A stretch of 48,087 bases of DNA. It comes from Phycisphaerae bacterium (GTDB taxonomy: Bacteria; Planctomycetota; Phycisphaerae; Tepidisphaerales; Tepidisphaeraceae). A model generated the notes under the pieces. It worked only from the letters and a program-made list of their open reading frames with translations. It had not been told where the DNA came from and did not search any database. The translations under genes and the position numbers were made by a program. The DNA lies in assembly GCA_037189665.1 (NCBI GenBank), contig JBBCIV010000030.1, positions 1 to 48,087 on the forward strand. Reading direction: 5' to 3'. This document shows positions 27,708 to 36,256 of this stretch, one piece after another. Positions within the stretch are counted from its first letter, which is position 1; each line of letters opens with the position of its first letter.

Positions 27708-28340
27708 TTATGGCGTCGTCACGTCCTCGGCCGGGGTTTCCTCTCGGGCGGCGGTGGCCTCGTCGCGACGGGCGAGGGTGGCGAGCTCTTCGAGGTAGCT
27801 GCGGACGGTCGCGTCCGATCGCCTGGCGATCACTTCGCCCGCGATCGTGGCGCGCTTGAGCGGGTCGTCGATGTGCCCGACCATCTGCCGGATGGCGACG
27901 TTGGCGTTGCGGATGTCGAGCTCGGCCTCGTCGCCGTCAACGCTCACGCGCACCCAGCACGACCCGGAATACGTCAGCCGGTCGGACGGCGAGGCGACGA
28001 CGTGCCAGTTGATCATCCCGTTGCTGGCAGACGGATTGTCGATCCGCAGCCCGCGCGGGTGCTGCCAAAGCACGCGCATGTGAACGACCTGCCGGACGCT
28101 CTGGTCGTCCTTGGTCGTCAAGGGGCGATCGACCGAGGCATCGCCGGCCCCGTCGGCAAGAAGGATGACGTCGAGCTGGCCGTCGATTGCCTGAGAGAAG
28201 TACACGCGATCGAAGTTCGCGGTGAACTTCTGATCGGAGTGGTCGCGATGGATGTGAAGCGCCTGTTTCGACGACGATTCACAGCCGACGGCCATCAACG
28301 CGAGCAGGGAGGGGATGACGATCTTCTTCAGCATGGGCAT
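27708..28340 (-). CDS. Hypothetical lipoprotein
   Basis: Start at MPMLKKIVIPSLLALMAVGC (signal plus lipobox). The upstream in-frame extension lacks an RBS. Confidence 0.55.
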   Translation of the reverse strand: MPMLKKIVIPSLLALMAVGCESSSKQALHIHRDHSDQKFTANFDRVYFSQAIDGQLDVILLADGAGDASVDRPLTTKDDQSVRQVVHMRVLWQHPRGLRIDNPSASNGMINWHVVASPSDRLTYSGSCWVRVSVDGDEAELDIRNANVAIRQMVGHIDDPLKRATIAGEVIARRSDATVRSYLEELATLARRDEATAAREETPAEDVTTP

Positions 28341-28497
28341 TCCTTCGCCTTTCTGTATTACTGCATCATCCTGCCCGCACAAAGGGCGAATGCTGCGTAT
28401 TTCCGATCGCCGATTGAGTCGTTCCATCCAATTGACAATCGGAAATTGGCAATCGGCAATATGCACAGCAGCGGAGCGCGTTCACTACACGCGCATA

Positions 28498-29385
28498 TCA
28501 GTCGAGGCCCAGGAGCGTGACCGCGTCGCGTTCGACGATGCCGCGGAGGGCTTCGCGAGGCACGACGGGCAGATTGGTGCCCTGGACGATCTGGTTCAGC
28601 TTGTACAACGCCTCGATGCAGTCGGTGGCGGTCGTGTAGGGGAAATCGGAGCCGAAGAGCAGCTTGTCGATCACGCCGTACTGGAACGCGTTGATGAGCG
28701 TGTTGTACGCCTGCCACGGCCGGGTGAGCAGGCCCGAGACGTCGGCGTAGACGTTGGGGTGCTTGCCCAGCATGACGATGGTCTCGTCGATCCACGGCTG
28801 CCCGAGTTGGCCGATGACGATTTTGAGTTTCGGGAAGGTCCGCGCCACCTCGTCCAGCAGGTAAGGCCGGCCGTATTCCATCTTGCTTTGCTCGATGAAA
28901 TGGGCGCCAGGGTGGAAGAGGATGGGCAACGCCGTCGTCTCGCAGCCCTCGTAGATCGCCATCGCCCGGGTGTCGGACGGGTGGAAATCCTGATTGGCGG
29001 GGGAGAGCGTGATGCCCTGGAGCCGCAGTTCGTCGCGGGCCATGGACAGCTCTTCCATGGCGCGGGGGTCGGTCGGGTCGATGCCGGCGAAGCCGATCAG
29101 CCGGTCCGGCGCCCGCCGCACGTAGTCGGCGACGAAGTGATTGGGGATATCGCTCTTGAGGTAGCGGGATTTGAAGCCCAGGACGATCGACTTATCGATC
29201 GAGGCCGATTCCTGCTCCTGCCAGTGAAAATCGGGGTCCGCCGCCGGGATCGTCCGTCGGACGGGTCGGCCGGTGGGGGACAGGCGGGCGCTCTTCGAGC
29301 GGTTGGCTCGCGAGGGGTCGCCAAGGTCAACAGGCCCGAGTTGGTCGGGCGACTGCCAGATATGCGTATGACAATCGACAATCAT
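28498..29385 (-). CDS. Amidohydrolase-2 family metal-dependent hydrolase (TIM barrel)
   Basis: MIVDCHTHIW N-terminal metal-binding HxH motif, GSDFPY near the C-terminus, length 295 aa. Confidence 0.75.
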   Translation of the reverse strand: MIVDCHTHIWQSPDQLGPVDLGDPSRANRSKSARLSPTGRPVRRTIPAADPDFHWQEQESASIDKSIVLGFKSRYLKSDIPNHFVADYVRRAPDRLIGFAGIDPTDPRAMEELSMARDELRLQGITLSPANQDFHPSDTRAMAIYEGCETTALPILFHPGAHFIEQSKMEYGRPYLLDEVARTFPKLKIVIGQLGQPWIDETIVMLGKHPNVYADVSGLLTRPWQAYNTLINAFQYGVIDKLLFGSDFPYTTATDCIEALYKLNQIVQGTNLPVVPREALRGIVERDAVTLLGLD

Positions 29386-29749
29386 GATGGTTTCACAGGT
29401 TCTCTTCGACCTGCGCGGTAGACGTCACCGAATCCGTTCATCGACGTCGATCAGTTCTCGGGCGTTAGTGTAGGGGGGAACGCCGGACATTCAAAGCCGG
29501 AAGCTCACACCCGTCAGGACACCCGGACGTCGTGCGACGAGTTCCACCTCGTCATAAAGATTATCGGACGACCAGCCGGGCGGGCTTTGGGGATATTATA
29601 AGATTTTATTTAATATAGACTTATGTTAAAAATCTGGTGCGGCGTCGAGAAATGCAAGGCGCTTTGCCAAGCGGCCTCATTTCCCGCACAATGCGTGCCG
29701 CCCAGAACCGCGGCGGGATGTTGCATAGACCGCACGACCGGCATGACGC

Positions 29750-30268
29750 GTGTATTACTTCGCATACGGCTCCAATCTCAATTCTCGCGCCGTCGCCGAA
29801 TGGTGCAAACACCATGGCCATCGCCCTCCGGGGATGAAGAACGCGCGGCCCGCCGTTCTGGATAATTATCGGCTGTGTTTTCCCATCTATTCTGAATACT
29901 GGGGCGGCGGAATCGGGGATGTCGTTTACGATCCGGGTAAATACGTCGCCGGGGCGCTATTTGACATGCCCGAGCAGGACCTGAAGCTTCTCGACCTGAA
30001 GGTCGGCCGAAAGCTGGACGATTCGGGGAAGGAAATCGGCGTTTATAAACGCATCGAGGTTCGCGTCGCCCCGCTTGGCAAGGCGCAGGCGGTAGATGCG
30101 TTTACCTATCAAGGGGTGAACGTCGAGAAATACCACATCCCGCCGACACAATTTTACATGGATCTGTTGATTCAGGGCTGCTACAGCCATGGGCTGAGCA
30201 TGATGTGGATTAGCTACCTCCAGAGCTTCAGCATCCAAGCCGGCCGCAAGCCTCGGCCACCGAAGTAG
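29750..30268 (+). CDS. Gamma-glutamyl cyclotransferase-like (GGCT/AIG2-like) protein
   Basis: N-terminal YFAYGSNL hallmark motif and a downstream acidic residue (FDMPEQDL). GTG start. Codon usage and GC are lower than surrounding genes. Confidence 0.7.
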   Translation: MYYFAYGSNLNSRAVAEWCKHHGHRPPGMKNARPAVLDNYRLCFPIYSEYWGGGIGDVVYDPGKYVAGALFDMPEQDLKLLDLKVGRKLDDSGKEIGVYKRIEVRVAPLGKAQAVDAFTYQGVNVEKYHIPPTQFYMDLLIQGCYSHGLSMMWISYLQSFSIQAGRKPRPPK

Positions 30269-30699
30269 CATCACTTTGTGATATTGGGTGTCCTGCGCGT
30301 GCGTTGTGGAGGCGTTGGCGTTGTCCTCTCGTTGCCAGCAGCGCGAGGACGTCATCTTTTCCGCTTTACTCATCTGCGAGATCGCCAGCGAGGAGTTGAA
30401 GGAAAGCTACGCGCGCGAAGCCAAGCCGTGTTGATGGCAGATCCGCGCGCCTTCGCTGCGTTCAGTTCTTATCTTGAGGAGGGAGGACGCGAGTTCCCGT
30501 CGGTCTTGACTTGAACATCAAGGCGGCGATCGCCCCGCAGCAATGGCTGAACAGCGAGCAAGTTGGCGAATACGAATACCTTTTCGACGGGGACTACAAC
30601 CGGTCGGCCGAAACCATCGACATTCTCGGAAAGCGCCTGGCGCCGCGCACGGGCTTCTCTGAAACGTCAGTTATTTCTCCAAAACGGAGGTCAGAAATG

Positions 30700-30733
30700 G
30701 GCAACCAAAAGAAAACCCCCGGAAAACCGGGGG
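30700..30733 (-). terminator. Rho-independent terminator following tRNA-Ala
   Basis: Minus strand reads CCCCCGG-tttt-CCGGGGG TTTTCTTTTGG, 8 nt after the tRNA 3' end. Confidence 0.55.
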
Positions 30734-30741
30734 TAGGGGAG

Positions 30742-30812
30742 TGGAGCGACGGGGAATCGAACCCCGATTTGCTGAATGCGATTCAGCCGTCATCCCGTTA
30801 GACCATCGCCCC
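30742..30812 (-). tRNA. tRNA-Ala (anticodon CGC)
   Basis: Minus strand GGGGCGATGGTCTAACGGGATGACGGCTGAATCGCATTCAGCAAATCGGGGTTCGATTCCCCGTCGCTCCA. Acceptor stem has the G3:U70 Ala identity pair. Anticodon stem GCTGA/TCAGC with loop AT-CGC-AT. T-arm CGGGG-TTCGATT-CCCCG. CCA is not encoded. Confidence 0.8.
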
Positions 30813-30841
30813 GAGGATGAACTGCGAACTATACCGCCGGC

Positions 30842-31150
30842 TCAGGCCTTGGCAACTTCGACGAACTCCTCGACGCTGGCGAGGTCGCGGGCGTGTTGCG
30901 GGGTGGCCTTGATCGTGGCGGCGGTGCCTTTGGGGAGATCGAGGTGGATCTTATTGGGCCGCTTGGTCCAGATCCGGCCACCTCGACGCTTCGGCTTGTC
31001 TTTGAAGTTGGCGGTGCGGGCATCGCGTTCGGCGGTCACCTTGGAATCGGTGGCGAAGAGGCGTTCGAGCGTCTTATACGCAGCGTCGCGGGTAATGCTC
31101 TTCTTGATCGTGACGCGGAACTGGCCGCCGGGAATCGCTTCGATTGCCAT
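30842..31150 (-). CDS. Hypothetical small basic protein (102 aa)
   Basis: ATG 31150 preceded by a GGAG RBS. MAIEAIPGGQFRVTIKK...KRRGGRIWTKRP. No recognised motif. Confidence 0.5.
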   Translation of the reverse strand: MAIEAIPGGQFRVTIKKSITRDAAYKTLERLFATDSKVTAERDARTANFKDKPKRRGGRIWTKRPNKIHLDLPKGTAATIKATPQHARDLASVEEFVEVAKA

Positions 31151-31364
31151 GGTAACTCCAAAAATATCGAGCCCAGCAGTATATCGCTGGCGTCTGGGGA
31201 TGCAAGTCGGCAAAACAAGTCGTTTTTCAGGCCGGCGCCCACCTGCAATTTTTCACAAGATATGGCAGAGGGAGAGGTTAGCACGGAAACGGGATGGCCG
31301 GTCCGGCGAGCGTTCGTTGCTGATTTTCGGGTGAAATCGGAGGGGCGCTGTGAGAACGAGTCGA

Positions 31365-31655
31365 TTACCGAGCGATGATGAATTGGGCGTATTCGCCTGA
31401 GGCGGGCTCTTCACGATCATCGGTCTGGCGGATGTAGCCTCGCATGCGGTCGCAGACGGATTCGATGAAGTGATCGACCTCTTTACCCGGGCCTTCGACG
31501 ATCATTTCCACCCGGCCATCGGCGAGATTGCGAACGAAACCGGTGACGTCGAAATTGATCGCGATGTTTCGAGCGGTGTACCTGAACCCGACGCCCTGCA
31601 CGCGTCCATTGAAATAGCAGTGGCGACGACAGAGTTCAGTTCCAACCTGAGTCAT
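31365..31655 (-). CDS. acyP: Acylphosphatase
   Basis: Both acylphosphatase signatures: GRVQGVGFRYT and GFVRNLADGRVEMIVEG. Confidence 0.85.
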   Translation of the reverse strand: MTQVGTELCRRHCYFNGRVQGVGFRYTARNIAINFDVTGFVRNLADGRVEMIVEGPGKEVDHFIESVCDRMRGYIRQTDDREEPASGEYAQFIIAR

Positions 31656-31904
31656 GCGGGCGTTTATAGCGGGTGCATAACCTGTGTCCAAGAAAATTTT
31701 ACTTCATGAGCAACTTCGTTTCCGGCCCGCAAAAACCACGCTCAAATCGGACCAGAACCATCGGGGGAAGCATTATTTTTTGGCGTTTCTGATAACCATG
31801 TTTTGAAGCACCGCGTTTCACTACGAAGAGAGGTCGACGTGAACGTGGTCCGAGTTTCGATGTAGCGTGAGGGTGATGCCGTCGTCTATTCTTCCTGAGC
31901 CACT

Positions 31905-32930
31905 ATGTCGCACTCAACTCAATTTATCGACGTGTTGGAGTCTCGCCGGATGTTTGCCACGCTTACGCCAGGCGTGACATGGCCGACGGCGCTCACCGTC
32001 GCCAGCAGTCAGAAAAACTGGTCGATCGACCTCGTGGCAGGTCAGAACGTGACGCTGGCGGCGGGGGATTTGTCGGGCACGGCGCTGCAAACCGAGTTGA
32101 TCCTCATCTCGCCGACGAACAAGGCGATGCGTCGGTCGGTTGGAGAAAATGGCTCGTTTATCAGCCACAACGTGCCAGTGACGGGCACGTATCGCGTGCG
32201 CGTGCGAGACCTGGGCCGCGATCACTTCGGCAGCGTACAGGTGACGGCGTTCTTCCACGTTCCGACGATTACCGATTCCGACGACGCCTTCAGCGCCGAG
32301 TCCGGCCGACGCCGCGCGGCGGATATCGGGCCGGGCGATCTGGATGTCTGGACGCTGACGGCGCAGGAAGGGCAGTTCCTGTCGGTGCACGCCGCCGAAA
32401 ATAACCCTGGCAGCGCAGCGGATATCGGCGTGCTGATCGTGGGCCCTGATGGCAAGGTCGTCTCCGGCGCCGAGCATCCCGAAGGCGTGAAACTCGACAT
32501 CCCGAATGCCAAGGCGGGCAACTACTACGCCATCGTGTACGAGGCCGGCGCCAACGACAGCGGCCGATACGGCATCACGTTTGGCCGCGTGCCGGGCACT
32601 CAGTACCCGGGCGATCCGGATACCGCTACGCCGCTGCAGAACGGCGTCACCCGCACCGGCGACATGCCGGGCGGCGACTACGACATCTTCGGCATCAACC
32701 TCACGGCCGGCCAGTCGTTCAGCGCCACGCTGACACGCACCAGCGGCAGCCAGCTTAATCCCGAACTGCTGTTGATCGATCCGACCGGCAAGCTGGTGAA
32801 GACGACCAGCGGCGATACGACGACCACGCTGACGCACAACATCAACATCACCGGCGAATGGTGGCTGTTCGCCCGCGACCGAGACGCCAACGCCGGCGGT
32901 CAGTTCACGATCGTCTATACCGCAGGCTGA
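31905..32930 (+). CDS. Protein with three tandem pre-peptidase C-terminal (PPC)-like beta-sandwich repeats
   Basis: Three ~100-aa repeats each beginning GD(L/Y)(S/D)... (GDLSGTALQTELILISPTNK..., GDLDVWTLTAQEGQFLSVHA..., GDYDIFGINLTAGQSFSATL...) and ending in the Y-x-V/I-x-V pattern typical of PPC domains. Confidence 0.6.
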   Translation: MSHSTQFIDVLESRRMFATLTPGVTWPTALTVASSQKNWSIDLVAGQNVTLAAGDLSGTALQTELILISPTNKAMRRSVGENGSFISHNVPVTGTYRVRVRDLGRDHFGSVQVTAFFHVPTITDSDDAFSAESGRRRAADIGPGDLDVWTLTAQEGQFLSVHAAENNPGSAADIGVLIVGPDGKVVSGAEHPEGVKLDIPNAKAGNYYAIVYEAGANDSGRYGITFGRVPGTQYPGDPDTATPLQNGVTRTGDMPGGDYDIFGINLTAGQSFSATLTRTSGSQLNPELLLIDPTGKLVKTTSGDTTTTLTHNINITGEWWLFARDRDANAGGQFTIVYTAG

Positions 32931-32988
32931 CTTGTTGGCTTGTTGGCGGGCGTGCTATCGGCAGGATCGCGGTTATCATCCCGCGACC

Positions 32989-33765
32989 ATGCGACACGAC
33001 GGCCGAACCAACGAACAACTGCGTCCGATCACGATCCAGCGAAATTTCACCGAGCAGGCCGCCGGGTCAGTGTTGTGGACGCAGGGGAAGACGATCGTCT
33101 GGTGTACTGCGTCGATCAGCCAGGACCTGCCGCCGTGGATGCCCGACAGCAAGCCTGGCGGGTGGGTGACGGCGGAATACGTCATGCTCCCCGCCAGCAC
33201 GCCGCAGCGCAAACAGTGGCCGAAGATGGGGCATACCGATTCGCGCGGGACGGAGATCCAGCGTCTGATCGGCCGCACGCTGAGGGCGATCATCGACCTG
33301 TCGAAAATCGGCCCGCACACGCTCGCCATCGATTGCCAGGTGCTCCAGGCCGACGGCGGAACGCGAACGGCGTCGATCTGCGGAGCATACGTGGCGCTGG
33401 TGGACGCGATCCGAAAGCTTCCCAGAGAACTCCCGCCGCCGAAGCGGCCCTTCCAGGGCTCGCCGCCGGCGCGGTATGACCCGCAGTTCTACGACCCCAG
33501 CAAAGCGCTCGTCGATCAGTTGGCGGCCGTCAGTGTCGGCATCATCGATGGCGAAGTCCGCCTCGACCTTGCCTACGAAGACGACAGCCGTGCCAACGTC
33601 GATATGAACATCGCCTACACCAAGGGCGGCAAGTTCGTCGAAATCCAGGGCAGCGCCGAAAACGGCGAAGGCTTCGACCGCAAGCTCAACGACCGCATGC
33701 TCGATTTAGCGACGAAGGGATGCGAGGAGTTGTTTGCAATTCAGAGCAAGGCGCTGCGGGAATAG
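32989..33765 (+). CDS. rph: Ribonuclease PH
   Basis: MRHDGRTNEQLRPI...DCQVLQADGGTRTASICGAYVAL. Contains a ~25-aa insertion (ELPPPKRPFQGSPPARYDPQFYDP) relative to canonical Rph. Confidence 0.85.
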   Translation: MRHDGRTNEQLRPITIQRNFTEQAAGSVLWTQGKTIVWCTASISQDLPPWMPDSKPGGWVTAEYVMLPASTPQRKQWPKMGHTDSRGTEIQRLIGRTLRAIIDLSKIGPHTLAIDCQVLQADGGTRTASICGAYVALVDAIRKLPRELPPPKRPFQGSPPARYDPQFYDPSKALVDQLAAVSVGIIDGEVRLDLAYEDDSRANVDMNIAYTKGGKFVEIQGSAENGEGFDRKLNDRMLDLATKGCEELFAIQSKALRE

Positions 33766-33825
33766 CCGGCCGGGCCACCGAGATCGGCGACGAAACGTTT
33801 GCGGAACGTGGCGGCCGAGTCAACC

Positions 33826-34722
33826 TTACGCCGCGCCGGATCGGCGGGCTGCTTCGGCCTTTTTGACGACGTGGTGGATGATCTCGAGGCGGGACTTCAG
33901 CGTCGCCATCGATTCGGGGCGTTTCAGCGGGGTGACGCGGACGCACTCCATGACGAGCGACGACAGCGGCTCGGGGACGAGCGGGTTCAGGTCGGCGGGG
34001 GCCTTCAGTTGGCTATCGACGAGGAAGCTGTTCTCACCTTTTTTCAGCGTGAAGAGGGTGGGCATCTTCGAGCCGGTGAGGGCCCAGTAGAGGCTTGCGC
34101 CGAAGTTGTAGATGTCAGTCTGGGGGAGCACGGGTTTGAGCTTCACCTGCTCTGGAGCGATGTAGTCGGGCGTGCCCTGGATGCGCGACTTGGCAGTGCC
34201 GATGCGGCAGGCTTGGCCGAGGTCGATAACTTTTACGCTGCCCTTGTCGCTGGCAAGGATGTTGGCGGGCTTAAGGTCGCAGTGAACGAACCCGGCGGTG
34301 TGCATGGCGTGGAGGGCGTCGGCGGTGCGGACGAAGATCGCGACGATGTCGCTGGTCCGCCGGGGCAGGCGGACGTCCAGCGGGATGCCGTCGACCAGTT
34401 CCATCACCAGCGCCGCGTCGGTGACGCGGAGCATCAGCGTGCGGTGAACATGCAGGTTGACGACCGATCGTAAATATTTATGTCGAACCTGTTTACCGAC
34501 TGAAAATTCGTTCTCGAGCTGTTCGATGAATCGGACGGACTTCTCGTCGCCTCGGACGACATGTTTAAGGGCATAGACCTGCTGCGTGGACGAATGCGTG
34601 ACGGCGTAGATGCGGCTGCCGGCGCCATCGCCGAGATGTTGGAGCACCTCGTACCCAAAGAGGGATTTAGGGAGGTCGATGGAGGCCGACGTCGCGCCGG
34701 CGCTGGACTGCAATCTACTCAT
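33826..34722 (-). CDS. Serine/threonine protein kinase
   Basis: Hanks motifs: catalytic loop HCDLKPANIL, DLG (DFG variant) in VKVIDLGQA, and GTPDYIAPE activation/P+1 loop. Confidence 0.8.
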   Translation of the reverse strand: MSRLQSSAGATSASIDLPKSLFGYEVLQHLGDGAGSRIYAVTHSSTQQVYALKHVVRGDEKSVRFIEQLENEFSVGKQVRHKYLRSVVNLHVHRTLMLRVTDAALVMELVDGIPLDVRLPRRTSDIVAIFVRTADALHAMHTAGFVHCDLKPANILASDKGSVKVIDLGQACRIGTAKSRIQGTPDYIAPEQVKLKPVLPQTDIYNFGASLYWALTGSKMPTLFTLKKGENSFLVDSQLKAPADLNPLVPEPLSSLVMECVRVTPLKRPESMATLKSRLEIIHHVVKKAEAARRSGAA

Positions 34723-34801
34723 AGGTCGAACCCTGACCCTTCAGGCCACGCCTGATTTCCATCCTTAGTACGCTTCGGGAACACCATTATTGAAAAGATT
34801 G

Positions 34802-34866
34802 TGCCACAAATTTGCGCCGATGCCACTCGATGTTCTTTGGCGTGGCAAAAGTAGCGAAATTGTGGC
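34802..34866. promoter_or_regulatory. Nested inverted repeats (TGCCAC...TGCCAC...GTGGCA...GTGGC) upstream of the Ser/Thr kinase gene
   Basis: Outer GCCACAAATTT (34803-34813) pairs with AAATTGTGGC (34857-34866). Inner TGCCAC (34821-34826) pairs with GTGGCA (34843-34848). Centre lies ~110 bp upstream of ATG 34722. Confidence 0.35.
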
Positions 34867-34883
34867 TTAGCAAGGCTTGTGCA

Positions 34884-34912
34884 GGGCCAAACCCCCTTAA
34901 CAGGGGGCTTGC
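34884..34912 (-). terminator. Hairpin (CCCCC-ttaaca-GGGGG) just downstream of the CvpA-like gene; weak terminator candidate
   Basis: Short GC stem 21 nt after the stop at 34933. No clear U-tract. Confidence 0.25.
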
Positions 34913-34932
34913 GAACTATTCCTCGCCCCCTC

Positions 34933-36186
34933 TCACCCCGCTGCGGGAGCGGGCGGTGTGGCGGGGGTGATCAGCGGGCTTGCCCGCTTAATGAGCACCT
35001 TGGATTCCGGCGACGTCGTCCAGCGGGTTTCCGCCTGCCTGCCCGTCAGGTCCACGCGGCCGAACAGTTTGATCTGGACGTGCATCGCGTTAGGCGACAC
35101 CTTGCCCTTGGGGGCGGCTTTTTCCAGTTGGGCGGCCCCGACGTAGTAGGCCAGATCTGCGCCGCGAACCTGGTCCCTCATCGGGATGGCGATCTGGTCG
35201 TCGATCCGGAACAGGGCGATATCGCCGTTAGCGGTCATCGCGCCGATGGGGTAATGCGCCTCCCCCTCGATCAACAGCGGGGCGGCGGCGGGGGTAAGGC
35301 GGACGTAACCGTCCGCGTCGGCGGCGACGTCGGTGAAGCGGACGCGGACGACCACGATCTTCTTGCTGCTGTCCCTCGCGAGCGTCAGGCTCTTGTCGTT
35401 CGGGCGCAGGCGCTTGATCTCGATGTCGCCTGCGTTCGGGACGTTATCGAGGATGAACAATCCGTCGTTCGGCACGCCCGCGATGGTTTCGGTGGGGGTA
35501 TTGACGATCACTCGCTTGCCGCCTGTGTCCGGGCCAAGGCGGTTGCCGAAGGCTTCGGTCAGCAGGTCTGGATGATTGGCGGCAAACGAGTTGGCGCCGG
35601 AGAAGGCGTTGCTGCTCGCGTGCGACGCGAGGCTGACGATGAACTCGTCGACTGGAATGATGACGCCCGACCCCGCGCCCGGCTGGAGGGAATCCTCTGC
35701 AAGCTGGTTGCGGATCTGATAGTCCATATCGCTTCGCGCGCCAGCCAGCGCATCGCGCGGGACGACGACCTGACGATCCTGAATCTTGTACCGGGCATGC
35801 ATTCCGACCGACGCGCCGAACGGCAGGAGCTGCGCGCCCACCGCGAATACGCCCGTGCCCAGCACCGCGGCGATCAGGCCGAAGAAGACCGCGCAGCCGC
35901 GATCCACCCAAAGCGGGAGGCGGATGTTGCCCGGAATCAGGGCGTCGAACAGCACGCGCAGCACGATGTAACTGACGGCGTAAAGGCTCAGCAGCAACAT
36001 GCCCGCCCCGAAGTCCGCCATGCGGCCGGCGGGGAAGAGCACCAGCACCGACTCGTAATAGCCAAACGACAGCAGCACCGCGAACAACGCGCACGCCGCG
36101 CTGATCGCCGACGTGAATCCGCCTTGCACGTAATGGTAGTACGTGATGCCCGCCAGCAGGACGATGACGATGGTTCCTAGCAGCAT
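34933..36186 (-). CDS. CvpA-family membrane protein with large C-terminal extracytoplasmic domain
   Basis: N-terminal four TM helices resemble colicin V production protein CvpA (MLLGTIVIVLLAGITYYHYVQGGFTSAISAACALFAVLLSFGYYESV...). C-terminal ~250 aa are of unknown function. Confidence 0.6.
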   Translation of the reverse strand: MLLGTIVIVLLAGITYYHYVQGGFTSAISAACALFAVLLSFGYYESVLVLFPAGRMADFGAGMLLLSLYAVSYIVLRVLFDALIPGNIRLPLWVDRGCAVFFGLIAAVLGTGVFAVGAQLLPFGASVGMHARYKIQDRQVVVPRDALAGARSDMDYQIRNQLAEDSLQPGAGSGVIIPVDEFIVSLASHASSNAFSGANSFAANHPDLLTEAFGNRLGPDTGGKRVIVNTPTETIAGVPNDGLFILDNVPNAGDIEIKRLRPNDKSLTLARDSSKKIVVVRVRFTDVAADADGYVRLTPAAAPLLIEGEAHYPIGAMTANGDIALFRIDDQIAIPMRDQVRGADLAYYVGAAQLEKAAPKGKVSPNAMHVQIKLFGRVDLTGRQAETRWTTSPESKVLIKRASPLITPATPPAPAAG

Positions 36187-36256
36187 AAGGTCACTCTCTC
36201 AGCAACGGCTTTTCGCAATGTCTTCTCTTTCAACCATGCTCGCGGATGGCGATCGA

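Noticed and set aside
29957-30373. 138-aa minus ORF antisense to the GGCT-like gene
   Set aside because: The sense frame has the YFAYGSNL hallmark. The antisense ORF has no features.
30511-30801. 96-aa plus-strand ORF (with a nice GGAGG-ATG internal start at 30697) overlapping the tRNA-Ala and its terminator
   Set aside because: It runs antisense through a structurally well-supported tRNA and a terminator hairpin, and the translation has no motifs. Kept only as a remote possibility of a small protein in 30511-30690.
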